Shown piece after piece: positions 1 to 12,822 of a DNA stretch of 64,000 bases (positions are counted from its first letter, which is position 1; each line of letters begins with the position of its first letter). Under the pieces are notes generated by a model, which made no database searches, was not told the DNA's origin, and saw nothing but the letters and a program-made list of their open reading frames with translations. Source of the stretch: Botryllus schlosseri (lineage: Eukaryota); contig CM119371.1 in assembly GCA_051294905.1 (NCBI GenBank), forward strand, positions 27,778,001 to 27,842,000, in the 5' to 3' direction. The position numbers were made by a program, and so were the translations under genes.

Positions 1-1026
1 GGCCTGGTCAATAACATGTTGGATTCTCTTTTCAAACAAATCGATGTAACTATTTCAAATGAGGTTATCACAAATTCGGATAATTGTCATGCGTACAAAG
101 CTTATATCTCTCGGTTGTTGAATGATACACATGGTGCCTCGGAGAGTTTTGTGCAAGGACAGGGTTTTTATAAAGATGTCGCTGGATCTATGGATGTTCT
201 TGGTGCAGCGAATACTGGATATGTTAAACGAAAAGACCTTACAAAAAACAGCACTCCGTTAGAGTTGATCGGAAAAATTCGAATGGGTCTTTTTGAACAG
301 TCTAGATGTATGTTGGATAATGTCGACATGAAATTAAAATTTACACGTAACGAAGATAATTTCTGTCTGCTTGGTGATGCGGAAGATGTACAAATTGTTT
401 TACTCGAAATGGAGGTGTATGTCAAACAGATGAAGATCGCTGAAAGTGTAAGCTTAGCACACAAGTCTGTATTACAGAAGAATACTGCTAAGTACCCCTG
501 GATACGCTTACAAATGTCGACTCATACATTCGCCGCGGGCTTGTCGAAAATTGATAGAGAGTTAGTTAGCGGCACCATGCCAAAGAAGATCGTAATTGGT
601 TTAGTCGAGACCACGACATTTAATGGTGTTCGAGCCAAAAATCCGTTCAACTTTAAACACTTTGATGTTCAAAATCTTTCTTTAAGTGTGGATGGGCGTC
701 AAATTAACGGACGGGAATTTCATTTCGATTTTGATAAACACGGCGGCCTGGAAGGTTATATGACACTATTCTCCCAGACAGGTCGCTGGGAATCCGAGGC
801 ACCTTTAAATATTTCACGCAAAGATTATGTCAACGGATACACTCTTTTTGTGTTTGATTTGACACCCGATAATAGTTTGGGATGTTATCAACTTCATAAG
901 ACAGGAACTGTGCATCTGGTTTTGACTACGTCGAAGCCTTTACCAACCTCCGTAACCTTGTTATGTTTGAAGGAGTTTCAACATCTTCTACAGCTGAATC
1001 AAAAAAGACAAGTCGTCGAAATATGA
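1..1026 (+). CDS. Polinton major capsid protein (PY), N-terminus outside window
   Basis: Frame is open from base 1 (GLVNNMLDSLFKQID). Motifs MPKKIVIGLV, FNGVRAKNPFNFKHFDV, LSVDG and GYTLFVFDLTPD resemble Polinton MCPs. Confidence 0.88.
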   Translation, partial: GLVNNMLDSLFKQIDVTISNEVITNSDNCHAYKAYISRLLNDTHGASESFVQGQGFYKDVAGSMDVLGAANTGYVKRKDLTKNSTPLELIGKIRMGLFEQSRCMLDNVDMKLKFTRNEDNFCLLGDAEDVQIVLLEMEVYVKQMKIAESVSLAHKSVLQKNTAKYPWIRLQMSTHTFAAGLSKIDRELVSGTMPKKIVIGLVETTTFNGVRAKNPFNFKHFDVQNLSLSVDGRQINGREFHFDFDKHGGLEGYMTLFSQTGRWESEAPLNISRKDYVNGYTLFVFDLTPDNSLGCYQLHKTGTVHLVLTTSKPLPTSVTLLCLKEFQHLLQLNQKRQVVEI

Positions 1027-1466
1027 ATACGTCTGAGATCGATGATATTCTCTATAACCACCCTGACACACAAAGTCTATATCTAGGAACTTATCCAGTA
1101 GATCAGTTACCGAAGAAACCAACTAGCGGAAAATTCGCTATCACCATTAATTACGACGAATCGAGTTTGCCTGGATCTCACTGGGTGTCTATATACAGAG
1201 ATGACGATACTCATTTTCATGATTCGCTAGGCTTCGGACCACTAAAACCTCAGATAATCGAATTCCTGGAGCCGGATGAATTTTCAGTGACTGGGAAACA
1301 GTTACAGAGTAAAACTTCAGATGTGTGTGGAGATCATGCTATCGCATTCTTGATAAAAAGAGCTCAAGGGTTTTCAACCGAGGAATACTTGGATAATTTT
1401 GGCGATGATAAAAAAGTGAATGATACGATTGTACGTGTATTTGTGAAGAGTTTGATTTCAGAGTAA
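1023..1466 (+). CDS. Adenain-like (C5) cysteine protease of Polinton
   Basis: GSHWV, HDSLG and QLQSKTSDVCG supply His/Asp/Gln/Cys. Likely start is ATG 1023, overlapping the MCP stop (ATGA). Stop TAA overlaps AATAAA at 1465-1470. Confidence 0.9.
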   Translation: MNTSEIDDILYNHPDTQSLYLGTYPVDQLPKKPTSGKFAITINYDESSLPGSHWVSIYRDDDTHFHDSLGFGPLKPQIIEFLEPDEFSVTGKQLQSKTSDVCGDHAIAFLIKRAQGFSTEEYLDNFGDDKKVNDTIVRVFVKSLISE

Positions 1467-2039
1467 TAAACGAATGTGTAAATGTGTATACTTGTGATTC
1501 TTGTTGTGGATGTGAACAGCAGACTATTCTGTAGGTGCGAAACAGCGGTGTGAATAAGCCGAAAGTATTATTCGGGTAGCAATCAATAGCGAGGAAAGAG
1601 AACACGATCGGTCATTTGATACGACTAAACTACGACATCATATATCATAATTTACGATCAAACTATTTCACACTGATCGTTCTAGTGTAATAATCGATAG
1701 TAGCACACAACTGTACGGAAACAATTCAGCGCGCAGGTCATTCGAAATATAGGTCGCACTGCTTAATCCTCGCAACAAGCCACGTTTCCGTCCGCGCGGT
1801 TATTGTTGGTGACTCGTACATATTCAACACCACGCGAGAGATGCCTGAAAGTACGAATCATCGCCGCATCCATAAGAATAACGATATATCATTGTCGTAC
1901 TCGCCGTAATTTGGAATATACACATTACCTAAGGACCAATCACATGACTATTTACTTGATACATATTCAACACGAAGTACGACATGCCAACAACGAAGCC
2001 GCGTGCGAGCTATCCCTATACTGAAAAGGTGCGACCACA

Positions 2040-2286
2040 AGACACAATAGCCGCTTGCCACCCCGCCATAAGACATAAAAGCCGCTCACCACCCCCGGTT
2101 TTCCAGCCGCTCACGACCCCCGCCATAAGAAATAAGAGCCGCTCACCACCCCCGCCATAAGACGCAATAGCCGCTCACCACCCCGCCATAAGGTATAAGG
2201 AGCCGCTCACCACCCCCGGTTTTCCAGCCGCTCACCACCCCGCCATAAGAGCCCCTGCCACCCCCAGACCGATCTATATAACTACT
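2040..2286. repeat. Subterminal tandem repeats inside the Polinton TIR
   Basis: About 7 imperfect copies of AGCCGCTCACCACCCC(GCCATAAG/CGGTTTTCC) running up to the ACTACT terminus. Confidence 0.85.
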
Positions 2287-2686
2287 CACGTACTTTTGGC
2301 ATAGTTAATTAAAGATGGCTGTGTTCGAGATTGCAAGATCGGTCGTCGCTACTGATGCAAATTGACTAGTAGCATCCCAAACGGGCTCAACTTCTGGAAA
2401 TACATATATACAGTTTCCGTGATAATAATGGGTATGGTAATGGGAATGGGTATATTTCGTCAGTTGTTGTGACAGCGTCACTGATAAAATCGATGCATAG
2501 ACCTATCCCGAAACTAATAGCTACTGTGCAAAATCCAATGCGCAAGAATTACGTAGTTTCTCAGTTTTGTCAAGTAGAAGAATAAGTAATTCACAACCAA
2601 AACGATTTGTGTAAGCAGTACAAGTAGGCATCAACATTACAAAATGCAATGCGTAAAAAGTATATAGTTTTTATACAAACAGTTAT

Positions 2687-2848
2687 CTGAAAAGCTTTTT
2701 GGAGCTACAGAACTTCAATATACAATTGAATAGTATATTGTCCAACTACAATGTTCTTTCCAATTCTCCACTAGTTGCTGACGATTATCCCTGACGAATG
2801 TCAGCCGATAATGTCCGGGTTCATTTCAATATCAATATACTATTCAAT
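2687..2848 (+). mobile_element. Miniature Penelope-like insertion: inverted tail + pLTR with decayed hammerhead
   Basis: Flanked by AAACAGTTAT at 2677-2686 and 2849-2858. 2687-2740 is an inverted pLTR end. 2777-2820 matches the hammerhead at 56622 but with GATA/CC substitutions. Confidence 0.75.
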
Positions 2849-3099
2849 AAACAGTTATAGATAAGTGGGATTAGTGTACAAACACAATGGCTTGTGTAAC
2901 CATGCAAGCAGTATAACCTCATTTGAGTATACCGTAAAAGTGTGCGTACTTTGTTACCGACCACCTTCGGATATAAGTGATATCTATGATATGACCCTAT
3001 GGATCTGACATGACTCAGGTATGAGGATGCTATTGCATGGATTCCAAATCTTAGTGGGCATCAACTCACCCCCGACTACGTATAAAAAATGCGCCGTAC

Positions 3100-3244
3100 C
3101 TCATCGAACCATAGCTTGGTCACTCCGTCACGAGCCATAATTTCACCGTAGCGATAATCCCCACCGGTGTACAAATTCTCGCCCACCACTTCGAATTCGT
3201 CCGTCCGACGGTCCGTTTCGTCAGTGTGGTAGAAGCTACACGTT
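3100..3244 (-). CDS. CAP/SCP-domain secreted protein, coding exon 3
   Basis: tttcag|A...GAG|gtacgg. Translates (R)TCSFYHT...VVGENLY...KLWFDE; phase matches exon 2. Confidence 0.88.
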
Positions 3245-4329
3245 CTGAAAATGTACCGAGAAATTGTAAAAGACCTTTCCAAGTTCAGATAGCATAATAT
3301 CTCCGCAATTCTGGTTAATCGGTAGGTCTAATTAAGACTGATATAACTATGGACGCACTGGATGTCCCGCATATGTCCATGCTTCGGGTATTTTGCTGTC
3401 GCATACATTAAGAAAATAAGTGCTTCGCAACCTTTTTCAGTTCGCGAACCACTTTTGATGCAAGTTTTATAGAGCGAACGACCAAATTTGGACAACTAGA
3501 AATTTCTAGTTGTAAAATTAGACTTATTAGAGCGAAACGCCAGTGATATAATTCTCAACTTATTTGTGAAAGTCTACCTATGTTCCCATTTTAATTCCAA
3601 TATAATTTATGGCAACAGGAGAAATGTATAGTGCGAAACGAGCCGAGCTTGATGTACGGACATTTGCTATTCTCATGCACATAAGAATGAATCGTGATTT
3701 GGTAGTAACGGAACTTGATTGGATGGTCTAGTTTTTGCGAATTCTGTTAACTGTGCAGCTACAATTCTAATTATACTTTAATTTAAAAAAAAATATTTGT
3801 TGCTGTAATTCTAATTCTAATCTAATTTGGAAAAGCTGAATATTTTATAGTTGCTGAAGTCCGCGACCCGCATTGCGATATGACCAAAATCACTAGGAAA
3901 GAAACAATGTATTGTATACTCATGAAATTTACTACTAATCCGAAAGTTGAGCTGGCATATTAGATAGTATTAGTTCACGTCTGGGCTTGTTAGGCGACAA
4001 GCTTACATGCAACGTAGCGTTTGTGGTGTCCCTTTCCAGGCTGTTCCGACCTTTGAACTCAGTTACAGCTACAGTCGAGAAGCCGGACTCACAACGTTAT
4101 ATAGTGGTGAATGACAAAAGAATTTTGTAGCGCCTCCTATGATATGAATATAACCCTGTAACATGCTTCGTGACCAACTGTTTCGGAAGCACTTCTTTGA
4201 GAGATGGCCTACTGAACTTGCCGGTGATACCATTATGTGAACGCATATGATTTGTACTCACTGACGTAGTGAATATATAACTCATACTCGAATTTCCGAA
4301 CAGAGTTACATGCGCCATCCACGAGACCC

Positions 4330-4675
4330 ATTGTCGGGAGAAGCCGTGCACACTTTCATTTGCGTGCCTTGTAGTCAACTTTTTATCAAAATACGGCAAT
4401 CCAGTCTATGCCTACAGAAGGAGTTTGTATGCCATCTAAAAATAGCTCATTGAGATTGAGCGCTCTCTTGCCCCCGATTATTCGAAATTTCGTGCTGGTG
4501 ACGTCATATTTTATGACGCGATTGTTGATATACAATGTTTATTTTTCAATTCGCTACTAGTTGCTGACGAATGACGATTACGTCTGACGAGTGTCAGCCG
4601 AACATATTCGGCTTAATTTCAATATGAAAATGCTATTTAGTCGTATATTGAAGTTTTTCTCCTCCAAATAGCTCT
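4330..4675 (+). mobile_element. Decayed Penelope-like 3' end (GIY-YIG C-terminus + pLTR)
   Basis: IVGRSRAHFHLRAL*STF/IKIRQSSLCLQKEFVCHLKIAH* aligns to the end of the 34998-36149 ORF. Degenerate hammerhead at 4563-4614. Confidence 0.8.
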
Positions 4676-5112
4676 TAAATAAACTTTAATATGTTATGAG
4701 ATCTTGTTTCAATTTGTAACCCCTTTCAGCACACTAACACTATTATAGCATATATGCCGCCTAGTCCAGACAGCACTGTAGCTTGGCATTTGTAGACGAG
4801 GATTGAGTCTTTTGTAGCACCATCTGATGATCAAGTTCTATGTGGGATACCTTAATCCTCAGATTACTCGATACACTTTTCGTCGTTGCGTCACTGGGAC
4901 TCTTGATCAAGAGATATATCGTGTGTGATCTCAAAATTGTGGAGAGAGCTTAACGTACGTATGGTATTGTATATTGTATAATCTCTGGCTAGTGCTATAG
5001 CATGACTACTGGGTGCAAAATATGTTTCAGAAATAGATCTTTACCAGCTACAGTAAGCGATGGAACCCAGCACACGCATGATCACTGAATTGGCTTGGGT
5101 ATTGCAATATTT

Positions 5113-5393
5113 TGTCTGTTATTGTTGTTTGTGGTCTTCATGGTGTTTGTCGACTACAGTGGTCAACTACACCAGGCCGATATTCCTTATTTTTGATTTC
5201 GTAGCTGCCGACTTGTAGCACGGCCGACGCCTAGGCTTTTTCAGACACCGCGCTCGCGGATGAGATGACGAGGATAAGCCTATAGATAAAACTCCAACAC
5301 TATGGTAGGAATTCTGGAGCCGACCTAGGTCGGACTCGAACCCACAATACCTTGTTGATGCAGCTGTGGATTATACCACTGCGCTATCTCGCC
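5113..5393 (-). mobile_element. tRNA-derived SINE, type 1
   Basis: Minus-strand A box TAGCGCAGTGG and B box GGTTCGAGTCC, AAC-rich tail. Homologous copies at ~18350-19816 (split), 31031-31187, 44775-45068, 50904-51165. Confidence 0.85.
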
Positions 5394-5759
5394 ACAAGTA
5401 TTCTGTCTCATTCTTCTGATATTACGTGAGTGCTACCGCGCCGCATCGCTAAAAGTAAGCGACCAATTGACCAAATCCAACTTTTGAAACTGCTTACTTG
5501 AGTGCTTTTAAGATCATAATTACTGCTTTTACTAGGTGTAGGTCATCATGTCTTTGAAATATGTACTTCTACTTTACTTGAATAGCAACGCTGACTAATT
5601 CGACCACCTGGATAGCAAGGGTGGAATGGGTAAATGTTTACACAAACCCTATCCTTACATAGAGATATATCTCAACACGAATTGGTATATTTGACTCCTT
5701 TCCAAGCATTGTAGTGAGTGTGATATCAGAATTTGGTGCCCGAAAGCAAACTTGTAGGA

Positions 5760-6310
5760 ACTACCCACGGTTTTTAGAGTAGTTCTAGTTCTAGTTCTAG
5801 TTGCGAATATCGAAAAGTGATTGGTTCTAGTTCCAGTTGCATATTTTGAAAATTCGGTAGTTCAAGCTCTAGTTCTAGATGCACATTTGAAAAAAGTTTA
5901 GTTCCGAACAACTAGAAACACGTGTCGTCGTTTTGGGTGAATGGAGATGCCGGTGTTCTGTTGAATGGTGTTTGTGCACAGTGCAGCCATTGCTCGCTCA
6001 GGAGCACTGATCCCGTTAGTAGTTGTGTTTTAGTTCTAGTTGCGGATTTTTAAAGGTCATTAGTTCTAGTTCTAGTTCTAGTTCTAGTTCTAGTTGTGGG
6101 TTTTGAAAAGTGAGTGGCTTCAGTTCTAGTTGCGGATTTTGAAAAGTGACTACTTCTAGTTCTAGTACTAGTTGCGGATTTTCAAATTGGCTAGTTCTAG
6201 TTCTGATTCCGGATTTCGAAAGGTGACTAGTTCTAGTTGCGAGTTTTAAATATTGAGTAGTTCTAACTTTAGCTGCGCTCTTTGAAAATCCAGTACTTTG
6301 CAGAAGTCTG
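5760..6310. repeat. MITE-like element with (TTCTAG)n internal repeats
   Basis: Many AGTTCT/TTCTAG units. The end AAGTCTG at 6310 matches the CAGACTT terminus of the 59461-60397 element. Confidence 0.6.
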
Positions 6311-6905
6311 CCAGGAAGTGCTGATGGCCATAATTGTATACTACGATGTGGCGGTAATGTGGTACACTCACCTATTTCCACCTATGTAGTCACCCATAAC
6401 AGCGTGGCAGAAGTATAGGCTTACCCAAGTCAAGTAATAGAAACCACGCACTGTAATGGTGGTACACCAAAGCAGAACCTATTTCAGAATACAGAAACCC
6501 CGTTCGCAGGATATTAATCGAATAATTCACCAGAGTTGATAACGACTGTGTACTGAATTTCCATATGGGTGTGTTTCAATTTAGAGCCAATCAACACTAT
6601 CAATCGACATGTTATTCCCTGCTTATATTCAATCGCTAGTTTAGGTATTTTGTGTACTTCGGGGAAGAGACGGTTGTGATTGTTATTGTATTGCTATAAA
6701 TCCTACGCGCCTACTTGGATACCTATATATGTACCCATCTTCCTTCGTACATCATATGTACTTAGCCTAGTTTGTCAAGCATTATTTGGATTTAGAATAT
6801 TGTGCCCGATTTATATTGCGGTATAATTCTGAGGTTCTACGTTCGTGTAACACCTTTAGGGTGTGAATATAAACTCTTTTGGCTAGGACTACCACCGATT
6901 TTTAC

Positions 6906-7077
6906 CTTACAACCTGCTTTGCTAAATTTTCCAGGTCGGTATCCCACGTCATCAGCTTCATGTCGGCCGCTTCTGGGTTCGTGACTTGCCGCCGCAGATA
7001 GTTGTGTGCGTCGAGCCAATTGGTGCGCTGCTCGTCCTCGAGAACTAACTCGTACAGGAAATTTGGACTGTCCGCAC
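6906..7077 (-). CDS. CAP/SCP-domain secreted protein, coding exon 2
   Basis: ctctcag|GT...AG|gtaaaa. Translates ADSPNF...WLDAHNYLRRQVTNPEAADMKLMTWDTDLENLAKQVV, a typical CAP N-terminus. Confidence 0.9.
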
Positions 7078-8520
7078 CTGAGAGTGTGGATGTTCGCATG
7101 TTCTCAATGTATGAAGATGTTAATCGCTGCATTTCAAGTGATACTGTGAACGGTATGCTGTGATATGCTGTTGGGACATGGCCTCCGGTTTTACGCGCTT
7201 TTTATTCTTGTGATTTTGAGAGGTAGAATGTAGTTTGCATCACTTTTGATCCGTTAAACCATCATTACAACCGCGTGAAATAGTCAACACAGTAATTGCT
7301 GTATATATTTTCGTAGATTGTAGCTATTTCTAGCGTCACTGGTCATTTTGCGTTACTCTCGAAGATGCACCATGCAATTTCGAAAGCGGTCGCCTCCTAT
7401 GCATGCGGTCGGGAATATTTCTGGTCAAAAGAGCCACATTGAACCTATAGTTGCAATTGTAATTCCCAAAGAGCCATACAACGATGTACACTGTTAGGTT
7501 TAATTGGAAATTAGTGACGTCATTGTGACACGAAATTGAAGTTCACTATATCGGATTCGCCGTGTGATGCTATAACAACCGCACTAATCAAGGCGGTTGA
7601 CCGACATTTATGCCTGCGACACGGGCAGTTGAGCAATCAACTAACAAACAACTCGTTGGCGACGAGCCTTTTGCAGCTACATATTATTGATTCCGACTCT
7701 GTGAGAGCAAAATGTGTTTTTTTTTTGGAAATTTAAGGCAATTAGCATGGAGGTAACATTCTAAAGAAAATTCAATAGTTTTAGACAAGAATTACAATGC
7801 GAATCTACTGCTCATTCTGCAGTAGCATGCTAATAACAATACAGCCACTTTCCCAGCAATCCGAGGAATACGCATGAGCGACGAGCGTAGCCACCATCAA
7901 TGGCAGTCACGCAAGATTCAATCAGTTCCCCTGAATCAGGATAATAATAATTTTTAACTGATATCATTAGGTTAACTTAACTACTCAGAAACGTGGCTTT
8001 TGAAATCACACAAACTTCGTATCAAACTGAACGTATTAGATTTGTCCGATATATATCCCCAAATAACTCGAAGGGGCCGTGTTTGTCCTATCAAAACAAC
8101 GATTATATTGGACAGCATGTATTAATTGACATGCATTTTAGGAGTTTGAAAGGGGTACGCCACTATTTTGACCTCACATAGACTCGTATGAACATCCACA
8201 AAAAGAATGATTTTGTTTTAATGAAAACTTCCATCCAAGTTACAGAAATATTGCCAAATAGGATGTTTATTAGGTTCCAAATTGAAAATTTATCAGAGAG
8301 CTATACAATGTTCTCTCTAATTTTTCACGAGTCTGCGCGCACTCACCAACTCACTGCGCAGTCCCTTGGAAAACAGTGCGCAACGACGAAAAAGAAGGTC
8401 ATCACTTCGGCTTATGTGCGCCGCACAGATTTTTCTGTGCGCGGCAACTTTGCCAGCAGTGCGCGGTTTATGATGTTCAAGACTGTTTCTTTTACCTGTA
8501 TCGAGTAGGACGTTACCCGT

Positions 8521-9474
8521 TAGGGATAGTGTGAACCCCTGAAAGGTTCAGGTTTGTGTGAACGTGAACCTTTTTGAAAGGTTCTGTGTGAACGCGAAGG
8601 TGAATCTATGTCGTCACGTGACGTCATATTGCTAATTCCAATCCTACATTTCAGTGTAGTGACATACAAGATACCTAACGACGACTCAGGACACATTTTG
8701 CCACAATGCTGAAGTAGGCCTACATGTTGACTTTTTAAACGTCACCAAATGTATCAACTGGGGCAAACAAATGCTATAATAATCCCTTAAAATCAATATC
8801 TTCCGTCGCTTTGCCAACAATTTCGACGAGGACTTGCAAGGGAATATCAGCTTACGCCTAAACGGTTTGGAGTCAGACTATTGCTACATTGATATTGACC
8901 AGAGTGTAAACGGGTTTCTGTACTTGCTACCGATATTACCCCATAAACAAGTTATGCAGTAGCCAACACCCCAATCGCACGAATTTGGGTTTTATGATAC
9001 AATACACATACCAAATCCAGATGGATCCCGTACGCCTGTTAGATTTTTTACATTAGACAACGATGTATTCTTTTTATATAAACTGCATTGATTGGTTGAA
9101 TAAGCATCATTCACTGACTACCTACATGTAATGTATTTCATTCTTGATGTGTGATTGCGGGTCAAGCTCACAGCAGAGAGTTACTAAATATTCACGACCA
9201 GAAAGCTGAACATTTCGAGCAAACTTTTGCAACAAAGCAAGTAATTTTTTTAAGATTGGCAAGGTGCATGTCGATTCGTTTTGATTTTTTTAAATGTTGC
9301 CAGGGCCATGCATAGAGTGGTCCTATAGTTGAAATGCAAAGAATTCTAATCTAATATCTTATAATGGCGTGTAAAATTGAAATATATGAAAATGGTTCAC
9401 AGTGCAGAACCTACCAAATTTCCGAGGTTCACACACAGAACGCGAACGTGAACCTCACGTTCACACCATCCCTA
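8521..9474. mobile_element. hAT-type MITE (TAGGGATGGTGTGAAC TIR), copy 1
   Basis: TIRs present; TSD TTACCCGT/TTACCCGG; homologous along its length to 22302-23283. Confidence 0.88.
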
Positions 9475-9952
9475 TTACCCGGTACTTCCACATCTTCATG
9501 ACTAGTAACGCTGACTAGTTTTATAAACTTTGATAGCGGAGTACTTCTATCTTTTCGGATAAGCCCAATATCAAGACACTATTTTGTATGCACTGACAAA
9601 CAACCGTGGATAAGTTATATGTTATCGTAGGCCCGGTGTGTAATGTAAGGTCATCGCACAATGGAAACGGATACACGTGGAGTGTATTGTTTGAAAATGA
9701 TTGACACACATTCATATATTGATATTGGCTGTTAATCTTTAAAAACAGTTAACTTTCGGCCAATACTGAGTTATACTATGTCACACGAGGGTCAAAGAAA
9801 CAATATCGAAACGGGCGCGAGATTGCTCTATTCCACAATGAAGTTTCATACTTCATCAATGACGTGTGTCGTAACTTTTTTTCGAATAAATTCAGCTCGT
9901 GGTACACCAAGGTAGCACTTAGCGTATTCATGGTATAGTTGTTTGTACTCAC

Positions 9953-10016
9953 CGTGTACGCCTGCAGACGAGACAGCGAATACTATCACAATAGTCACAG
10001 CAGACGATTGAAGCAT
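9953..10016 (-). CDS. CAP/SCP-domain secreted protein, coding exon 1 (signal peptide)
   Basis: ATG...CACG|gtgagt encodes MLQSSAVTIVIVFAVSSAGVH-G, a hydrophobic leader. Phase 1 joins exon 2 to make GGT. Confidence 0.8.
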
Positions 10017-12822
10017 TTCGGTATTGAAGAATTATTATTTGCTGTACTAACTACTAACTGACCCAGATGGTTAATGCCGTTAATGTTGCTAATGTTTCTG
10101 TAAACAGAACAAACACCCTGTGATGTAAACCTTTTCAAAAAATACAATCTATTATTTCATAAGCCAAAACACAAACATGACATAGGCCAACTTCCGATAT
10201 AAGATCCAGTGCATCCGTTACAATATAGTCTGCATATGGCACAACACGGTGACGTCATTTTAAATACCACATCATCTTTCAGATCATGTAGCCCTAAAAA
10301 ATACAAACATCTTTATATATTGAGGGAGATATCGTAATTTATCGTGGAAAAACAGTAGTTGTGCTGCATACTAAGTAATGATTTTATGGCTGCGAAGCAT
10401 TCCTGCGCAGTGCGCATAGTACTGGTTGGAATTGAACCAAATTTGGTGTGTAGGATTAATTGGGTGACCTAACAATTTTATCAAGTAGCCAGTACGATTT
10501 GAGAAAAAAATTCATTTTTGAAGACCCCTACTGTATAATCATATCTAAGTCTACTCCACTACGTCCTTAGGTGAATTGCAGCTGAACTGCCTATCAATGA
10601 TTTCCGGTCTCAGACACGGGCAGATTCGCACATGACCTTAGCTGCACCAATGCGAGAGTAATAGAGCTTCTGGATAGACGATATTTTGTCGTATTTACGA
10701 ATCCATCAATATTAAGACTTCTCCAATCGGCGTCGAAAATATTCCTTAAAACCTCCGATGGGATAGCAATATACAATCGCCTAACGGTAAAATTGCAGGT
10801 ATTTCTCGAACTCCGGGAAACTATGTATTCAATCCTCGCGAGAATTAGTACACTGAAATGGCGTCGAAACTCTGACAAGCTGACTGAGCTCAGCAAATAT
10901 CACAAATATTCAGCTTTTGTCGATATAGTGTGACTGATCAACATATGACTCGGACGTCGCTGGTTAGGCTCAAACCTCAGGAAGCAACATTTTTCGCGAA
11001 AACACTGCACCAAAGTAACCGCAGTTCTAGTCAATAAATGACGTCTGTCAGTGTATCAGTCTACTACAAAAAGGACTGGTAATAGACACCTGCTCAACGC
11101 CTGAACTCATGCAATAGTGCCGTATATTGGCAAGTCGGACACTGAATGAACAGATGTAATAATAAATCCTAGTTAACTAGAATTACTAGATGAAACATCA
11201 ATAAGAATTGCAGCATGCTAGATTGCTCATTGCTTCACTTGGCAATGGCATGCACGTGGTGAACTAAGACGCAGCACGATGTCTCAGATTTAGCAGGATA
11301 AATACCAATAGTAACTGGATTACGTAGCGAGTTGTAGGTATCCTATACTGTCTCGCCGCGTACGCCTATCTATTTTTATCACATATAATACAATATGTCA
11401 ACTAATGCTACAATGTAACCAAACCACACACACTCGCCTGTACTGTTCATTTGCACGCGTTCTGGGCTATTCAGCTGTAGACCGACGCCTTTAACTTCGT
11501 CATTTTGTGATATATTAATCATAACAACAACTTCAACAATGGTACCTTAATCTTAGGCGTATTAGCGGCTCATTCATTCGATGTTGCTATACAATACACA
11601 AAACCGTGTCGAACTGGGAAACATCGATTCCCATAGATCTGAACTCACAACGTTTATCTGACCGATGAACCTTAAATATAAGATACACAACAGACAACGA
11701 ATACGTGCGGTATAATGTGACAGTTAGATGCCGTGAGTCATTCGTACAACGTTGTGCGAATAATTCAGGTCGGACGGCAAGTACGATGGAAGTATACCTC
11801 AATCCCAAGCCTTGTCAAAGGTCAACCAGTTGCAACCTACAGCCAAGTATGCAACGATACGAATAATGCATGCCATAAGCAGTACCAGTGCCTCTCACCG
11901 CATTTTACAGGATTGTAAGATTTGTAACTCACGGCTCAGATATCCAACAGACCTACCTACACGTTATGCGCGGGCTGATTTATGCATTTATCGTATACTG
12001 ATGATGGTAACTACAGGGCAATGTAGTTGCTTATCGACTGCTTATCGACTGCTTATCGAAATTACAAGAATATGCAAACCGCCAAAGTTGCGTGTTAAAC
12101 GAAGAGATACAAAGCTGGCGTCAGCCAGGTCGAAAGGGTGTCTTTTCCGTACGAAGTCGTATAAAGCAGTCCATTCATTACGTCTTGGAAGTACTTCCAA
12201 AAACAGATATAGCACCGTCCTAGCTCCCTTTACATTCTGCGAACGATCCACCTGGCCTCATTTTCAGCGGACACGGGACCAAAAATTCATGCACTCGCCT
12301 GCATCACTTACAAAATCGCACACACAACTCCGAATCCATAACAGCGCCATTTCAATACGTTGATAGGTCTTGCATTCGATTATGAATATACCACTTACAG
12401 TAGTCCCGCGATATAAATGCACAATGGCACTATTTATAGACGGGGTATTCCCGGATGCGACTGATGGAGCCAAGCATTTCTCATGCATATCCGCATCGCG
12501 ATTTATCTTGCCAATAATGGGGAAGTGCAGAATATTTCATTCCTACAATAATATTTCGCGTAGCCTTATTATCCTAGCAGTGCGATTAAGGCTCAAGATT
12601 TTTCCCAGCCAGGTTTAGTTAAGTATACTAATATGTAAGGATGAGGAAAATCGTTTTGTTGTGTTAAGTCGTCGCAGTCGTTGGGTATATTTTTCATCTG
12701 AGCAAGTCACACACAGTGTACAATGCGATAAGACACAATGCGATGTCATGAACAGATAGGAGGATGTCGAACGACACGCATCAGTAGCGATACTTTACTC
12801 TAACATCCACCTCGGCCTAGAG

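Larger units (their letters stand above)
1..2286 (+). mobile_element. Polinton/Maverick (adintovirus-like) element, right end; continues left of window
   Basis: Capsid-like ORF followed by adenain-like protease, then subterminal repeats and terminus GATCTATATAACTACT (2271-2286). The reverse complement begins AGTAGT, the typical Polinton end. Confidence 0.92.

Noticed and set aside
963..1022. ORF-track N-terminal extension of the protease
   Set aside because: It overlaps the MCP frame; protease-like sequence starts at ATG 1023.
4563..4614. Hammerhead copies at 2777, 4563 and 56892 as active ribozymes
   Set aside because: Core GAAA, CTGA or stem I is mutated; treated as decayed.
11812..12618. 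Cluster of 70-180 aa ORFs
   Set aside because: No recognisable motifs or consistent splice structure.
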